Origin: Blastocystis sp. Blastoise
Taxonomy: Eukaryota > Protista > Bigyra: Opalinata
Assembly: GCA_039096225.1 (NCBI GenBank)
Contig: JBBPEB010000005.1
Coordinates: forward strand, 1,178,001 to 1,242,000
Length of the DNA: 64,000 bases
Direction: 5' to 3'
The position numbers and the translations under genes are program-made. Under the pieces are notes generated by a model, which saw nothing but the letters and a program-made list of their open reading frames with translations, was not told the origin of the DNA and searched no databases. Below are positions 52,855-64,000 of this stretch, piece by piece. The first letter of the stretch is position 1, and each line of letters opens with the position of its first letter.

Positions 52855-53417
52855 TATATTTGTGTTTCCAATGGGCAGGCAAGAATTATATGTGTACTAT
52901 TTTTGGAATGAATTGATTGTTTTTATAATAACAAGGATAATTTCTCAACAAAGATAGAGCAAATAAAAGAAATATATATAGTTATAGAGAATAAATGAGT
53001 GTATTTTTTTTGTTTTTATTTTTAATATAATAAAAAGAATAAACATGATTATCTATGTTTATTTATGTGATTTTTCTTATCTTTTCATGATTATAAAATT
53101 TGAATACAAAATGTGTATTGAATACTGGGAATACAAATATTATGACTGTATACTATAAGAAATTCATGAAAATATATTGTTTAAAAAAAAAAATTGTTGA
53201 ACGATTGTTCAATATTAACAAGCAAGAATATATATTAATAAATTAATTAATTAGAACACACAGACAAGATCATGTTGAAGAATATACAAAAAAATAAAAT
53301 AAGTGCATATAATTAAAAATAGGATAAAAACGAGTCAAATAATGAATATATATATATATAATAAAACAATATTTTATAATGTAAAATTTTTTATAATTAA
53401 TAAATTATAGAAAAGAA

Positions 53418-56799
<3,382 letters not shown>

Positions 56800-58424
56800 T
56801 CTATACTTCCTTTTAGTTCTTTACAAAAAAAAATCAACTAAAATATGAAAAATGAGAAAACTTTATTTAATTGATAGATATAGTATATAATATGAATCTT
56901 ATATACTTGCTATATGAGTAAAAACAGAAATAGACCTAAAATCTTCTTCTGTGATCACAACTGCGAATAACAAAAAATATGATACAAAAGGAGGTTTTAA
57001 TTTCTTCCCGAAATTTCGAATAATCATGGAGATTAATCTGATTCTACTTGTTTTTCATGGAATAACTAGTTTTATTTAGAAAAAAGAAATTTGAATCTTA
57101 TATTACTTGCTTTTCCTTTATTGTGGATATTAAGGATATTTTAGTTCTTTTCTATATTCTCTATAAGTGTATGCGGCTTGAGCAATCAATGGAGTTTTGG
57201 TTTATTAAAGAAATAGTTGATGAAATTTTTATTTTTTGAATTAATTTCGCATTAAGAAAGATAGATTTACATGTCAATAGTCTATTCTATGTATTCGATG
57301 AAAAGATAATCTCATAATAGATAAAAAAATATGCTGTTTTTGGCAAATTATTGTTTTTATTTCTTAAAGGAGAATAAAATTAAATGTTATTAATTATTTT
57401 GTATGTAAATAAATGTTGTGTCTTTTTGATTACAAAAAACAAAAAAAAAAAGGAGATTAAATGACAATTTCATTTTTTTTCAAAACAACCAAATAAACTA
57501 TATATATAAAACAAAAAAACTATTATTCATTTAAATCGATAATGTCAGGTAAATACTATAGTATTTAACGAAGAAAACACATAATAAACATGTTTTGAAA
57601 ACTTGAACCAATATTTGCTTTTTCAAATTGTGATATTTTATCAAATCTCTTCAAAACCTGCAATTGATAAAAGAACAGGTTTATAAGAATCTACTAAAAT
57701 TGAGAAGAACAATGTAAATAGAAGTTTTAGTGGTGAATCCGAATTTTCCATAATCTGATTCACTTTCCATTATTATAAATACAATCATTTGCATTAACAC
57801 GAAATATCTTAAGAAATCATAATATAATCATATTTAAAAAAATCAATAAAATTGACAATATCCTCTTTTTGTGTGTTAAAAATGAAGCTATTATTTGTGA
57901 AACAGTAGCGGCAGAGTCATAAAAAAAATTAATACATACTATGCTACTGTAAGAGTTCATTTTGTTCAAAATTATATCTACATATACTCAGAGATGATAA
58001 CTTCAAATGTTTTTCAGAGAGTAGACAACTACTTGTATCGTGAAATGTCAACTAGAATATAATAACTGTAGTCTATCCTGTTATTTCAATAGACAAAAGC
58101 AAACCCTTCTTTTCCCTCGGAATTATAGAGAGAATCAAGACAAGATGCCGCGGTTCAAAAAGTTATGAAAACCAGGGAAAAATCAAGAAACGAAGGAAGC
58201 TTGAAAAATTTGAAAAAAAATCACCCAAAAATTTCGTTGATCTGTTTCTATACGCAAAAAGCATCAATTCACAGTATATATTCTATGAATCATATCTAGT
58301 AGTCGTTCTGTATATAAAGATATGAATAGTGAAATGTATTAAAACGATTATACATTTAATGATAATTCTGAATTCATTTTTATCTTAATAATACGATCCA
58401 ATCTATAGAGAGAAACAAATTAAG

Positions 58425-60321
58425 ATGAGTGAAACTGAAAAGAAACCTCTATCTGTGAAAAGAAAGGCTGATGATGATTTGGTTGTTCTTGGCCTTCCAA
58501 GTTCTTCACCTATATCTGTAATAAGACCAGGTATATATTTGTTATGTTTTTTAAATAAATTATTATATATTCTTTGAATAATAGAGACAAGTATTAAAAG
58601 AAGTCGAAAAGAGCTTTTACAATCTGCTATTTTATCTTCATCCCAAACTCCAACATCATCTCCTAAGAAGCAACCTCATAGTATATTATTCTCTTTATAC
58701 TAGAATTAAGCAAATATATTGATAATATATAGAATTAGAAAGTGCTACAAATGTCACTGAACTACAACTTGACACACCAACGGATGATCCTAAAAAAGAA
58801 GAAATATTAAAACCCAGTATGTTTTTAATTTTATTATTTATTGGTTTATTAATGTATATATAAATATGTTGAATAATATATAGCGTCATGTAGAATATTG
58901 TTTTATTATGTTTGTTTTTATTATTAAGTTTGTTATTATTGTTATGTGTTATTATTATTATATGTGTTATTATAATTATACTTATATTATATATAGAAGT
59001 TTCTTCAACAAGTAAGGCAAAATCATTATTATCAAAAATCGAAGGAAAATCTCCAAAAGAAATAGAAGAATTAACAGAACGATTTAAAGTATAGTGATGG
59101 ATCTATTCTAGTTTTTATATAGTATTACATAATTATAACACGTTTTTAAAGTTTTCTTTGAAAAATATATTTTAATAATTATTATAATTATTATACTTAT
59201 TATAATTATTATACTTTTTTACATAGAATTGTGATGTAGTATTACGATCTTATAAGAATAAATATGTAAAAGTCACGGATATTGATCATTCTTTACGTTT
59301 AACGTACAGAAAAGATTTTACAGAGAATCACGTCATCAAAATATCTTATATTTATCACTTTGAAAATAATTCAGAAAACAATATTGTATATATATATAAT
59401 CATAATTATTATAATTAAAAAAAAATATAGAATTTAGTAGGTTTCCATTATTATCTATATATTCTTCCTATATAATTTATAATATTTATATATATATATA
59501 TATTATTATAATATATAAATAGGCTTATGAAATGAATAGAACAGTACCAAAACAACCTAAAGAAAAATCAATATTAATGATAAAAATACCTATTTCTAAA
59601 ACAAATGAAGAAACAAAAGTATTAAATTCGTCGAATCCCCTTGTAGATAAACTTTTTTTAATTAATGATTCTGTCTCAGAACGTTATGAAATGTGGAATA
59701 AACAAATTGATCATTTTATTCAAACAAATTATGATATATTTATTAAGGAAAATAAATTAATTAAACCTAAATATGGATATCATTATAAATTTGATATTAA
59801 AACTTATTTAGATAAAATCTTATATGAATTACCTCCTCCTATTATATATAAAGTGAAAACAGCCTCTGAAATACTTGGAGAAGTGAAAGAAAAAACAGAA
59901 TCAAAAAAAGAGGTATCAAATTATATTATATTTATTATTATTATATTTATTATTATTATATTTATTATTATTATATTTATTATTATTATTATGTTTATTA
60001 TTATTATTATGTTTATTATTATTATTATATTTATTAATATTTTTTAAATAATTAATAATAATATAATAATATTATTTAATACCTCTATCACTTAATATAT
60101 AGAAAATCGAAGAAATCAAAGATATTGATGATAAGGATATCCCTTCCGTATATACATTACTATTATTATCATTATTCATTCTAAATTTTCTATAGTATCT
60201 TAAAGGTTTACCAAAGTCATTGATTCTTGATGTTCTGAATCGTCAAAAAAGGAACAAAGGGAAACCATCAAGTCATGATATGTCTAGTTTTGCAACAGAT
60301 CTTCGAAAATCTATTTTTTAA
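58425..60321 (+). CDS. CDT1: Cdt1-like DNA replication licensing factor (central domain; C-terminal domain apparently absent), 7 introns; start uncertain
   Basis: LTERFKNCDVVL...RKDFTENHVIKISYIY; YHYKFDI...ELPPP..KVKTASEIL; YLKGLPKSLILDV resemble conserved Cdt1 blocks. Confidence 0.65.
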
Positions 60322-60749
60322 AAGCATTATTGACTTTTTTTTCTTTTATTACATATCGTGATATTTAATATAATTCTATTTTTCACTCTTTTTCACTTTT
60401 TCGTATGTTTACTCATTTTTGTTTTCAATGTGTGTCTCTAATTTTTTGAAGTTTCGTTTATTTTAATAGAACATCATCTTTATGCTAACTTATGTGCATA
60501 CCATTTTAATAGATTTATTATTTTTTTGCGACTTTAAAAGAAAATTAAAAATATATTATTGATTTGAAATAATAGCGTACAAAACATAATTTTCCTTGGT
60601 TATTTTACTTTCTGGTATTTTTCTAAGTAAATAAATTTTCCTTCATCATTCGATAAGTAGTACATATTATTAAATAGTTTTCAATTCATTATTCTAGAAC
60701 ACCTATTTTGTATAGAAATATCAAGTGACCTTACTAGTCTAAAATAAAA

Positions 60750-62006
<1,257 letters not shown>

Positions 62007-62592
62007 TTCTTTAGATTTTCTTATTGTTTTATTGAAATTATATATATATTTTTATTTTTATGTATATATATGTTTTGAATGATGCTTGTTTGTTTGTCTA
62101 TTTGTTGATAAATTATCAAATAAATAGGGTTTTTTAAATATGATGTACTATTGTTGTTTTAATGAATTATGTTGAATATTCGTATAGAGAAAGTGATGAG
62201 AAAGTGATGGGAAAGTGATTCAATAGAATACTATTGAGAAACATATAGTGTCTTTCTAAACATCGTTTAAAATTGAACTATATAATTTGAAAAATATTGT
62301 TTTATTACGGTTCAAATTAATATTAAACTTTTAGAATCATAAAATAATAACGTATTTCATGTCTAAAATAAAATCAATTGAAAATAAGCGATGTTTATTT
62401 TGTGAAAATAGAGTATATGAATGCAATTGGCTTGCATGAATCAATAATGATTTTATTATATATTTTTATGTTATTCAAATAGAAGAATAATTGAAAAAAT
62501 AATAATGAAAAGAAATATTTTAAAATTCTTAATAAAATTATATGGGAAAAACAACTATTCTTTATAAAACATTTTCTTTTCTTCTTTTCAAC

Positions 62593-63912
62593 ATGGAATA
62601 CACGTATGCACCAAGTACTCCAACAGGAAATGATTCTGTGTATTCCTACACACCTATAGCTGATGAAGATATTGTATGATTTAGGAAATTATTTTTCTAT
62701 TCTATTTTATTTATAGGAACAAGAACAATTGTCTATACCAAGATGCGATTTTGATGTTGTTGAACAAACCTATAAGGATCAGACTGGAAAATACTTAATT
62801 GTCTACTTACATTACGATCAAAAAATTACTTTTGTTGGTGGAGGTTATGTTTCTGTAAAGAAAGGAATGTGTTCATGTTTAGGCTATAAAATGAAGGCTT
62901 CAGATGATTATTATCCTGTGATATCTCCTGCATGGGAATCAGCTATAGAAATACATTCTGAAAAATATAATAATAAGAAAACAGTAGCAAGCGATGATAA
63001 TAATTCTATTAAAAATATTTATGTTCCTAATGCTGATTTATGGGAAGGTAATCTATATATATCATTATTATTATTATATATAATATATATATATAGTTGT
63101 TGTTGTTTTCAAATCTTCTTCTACAGAATCAAATGAAGGCTTAAATGTATATATATGTTATTTTTTATAACTATATTATTATTATTATTATTATTAATTA
63201 TATATATAGGATTATAGTATTCCTGGTTTATCGTTAATACCCAACACGGATTCTGATTATGGGAATATATTCATACCCAAGAATGTAGGTAAAATATGCC
63301 ATAGAAATAGTATACAAGAAGATTTATGGACTAATGTATATTATATATATATATATATATTGTTATTAGAAAAAATTATTTATATATCATAAATATTACA
63401 ATTATATAATATATTTTTATGTTCTTTTTATTTTTGTATTTTATTACTGAATTATTAATATGTATACAATAGTGTTTTGAGACACTATTTAAATCTCCTT
63501 TTTCTGTGGTTCCCTCCTTTTTAACGTGCGGTCCACGTGGAAGCGGGAAATCAACATTATCACGTGTTCTCGTCAATAAATTATTAAATACCTATAAACA
63601 AGTGGCGTATTTAGACATAGATTTAGGTCAAGTATATATATATATATATTACTCTTTATAGTTATATTATATATATATTATTTGTTTTATATATATATGT
63701 TACTCTTTATAGTTATATTATATATATGTTATTTTAAACTTTATATATATATTACTCTTTCTAGTTATATTATACATATGTATTATATATTATATATATA
63801 GCCAGAATTTACTATAGAAGGATATATATCTTTTTCTCTTCTTTCTACTCCTCTTCTTCAACCGTCTCTTTCGTTTACCCATACTCCTTATAAAAGTATA
63901 TATATATATATA

Positions 63913-63953
<41 letters not shown>

Positions 63954-64000
63954 TATACTTATACTTATTATTATTATTATTATATACACTAATATTATGT
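62593..64000 (+). CDS. NOL9: polynucleotide 5'-hydroxyl kinase NOL9/Grc3 (Clp1 family), partial
   Basis: P-loop CGPRGSGKST...LVNKLL; VAYLDIDLGQPEFT. Confidence 0.85.

Overview
Eukaryotic, very AT-rich, gene-dense and intron-rich genomic DNA. By manual reading it holds about 170 short introns in 19 protein-coding genes, plus two identical tRNA-Leu(UAA) genes. The compact layout, AT-AC introns and GT-rich elements after stop codons suggest a Blastocystis-like gut stramenopile; this is inference only. Gene order: TRAPPC10-like (partial), BTB/LRR protein, 2x tRNA-Leu, SmB, Rab escort protein, syntaxin-6, ML-domain protein, SIZ1/PIAS SUMO E3 ligase, Mpv17, PH-domain protein, two MFS transporters, PAP2 pseudo-phosphatase, GH27 alpha-N-acetylgalactosaminidase, VPS53, CNOT11, polo-like kinase, Cdt1-like, TRM7 and NOL9/Grc3 (partial). 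Most ORF-track entries are microsatellite artefacts. Main findings: (1) a SIZ1/PIAS SUMO ligase carries 14 tandem in-register RNA polymerase II CTD-like heptads (YSPTSPA-type), missed by the ORF track; (2) four U12-type AT-AC introns, two of them in one MFS gene; (3) major introns bounded by self-complementary (TA)n runs, including pure GT(AT)nAG introns and one apparent TT-AG intron; (4) CpG-centred motifs (RCGGGAA, CACGTG) appear over-represented inside exons; (5) an unexplained structured GC-rich island between the tRNA genes; (6) several degenerate proteins (PAP2 active site, PLK polo-box, C-terminally truncated Cdt1).
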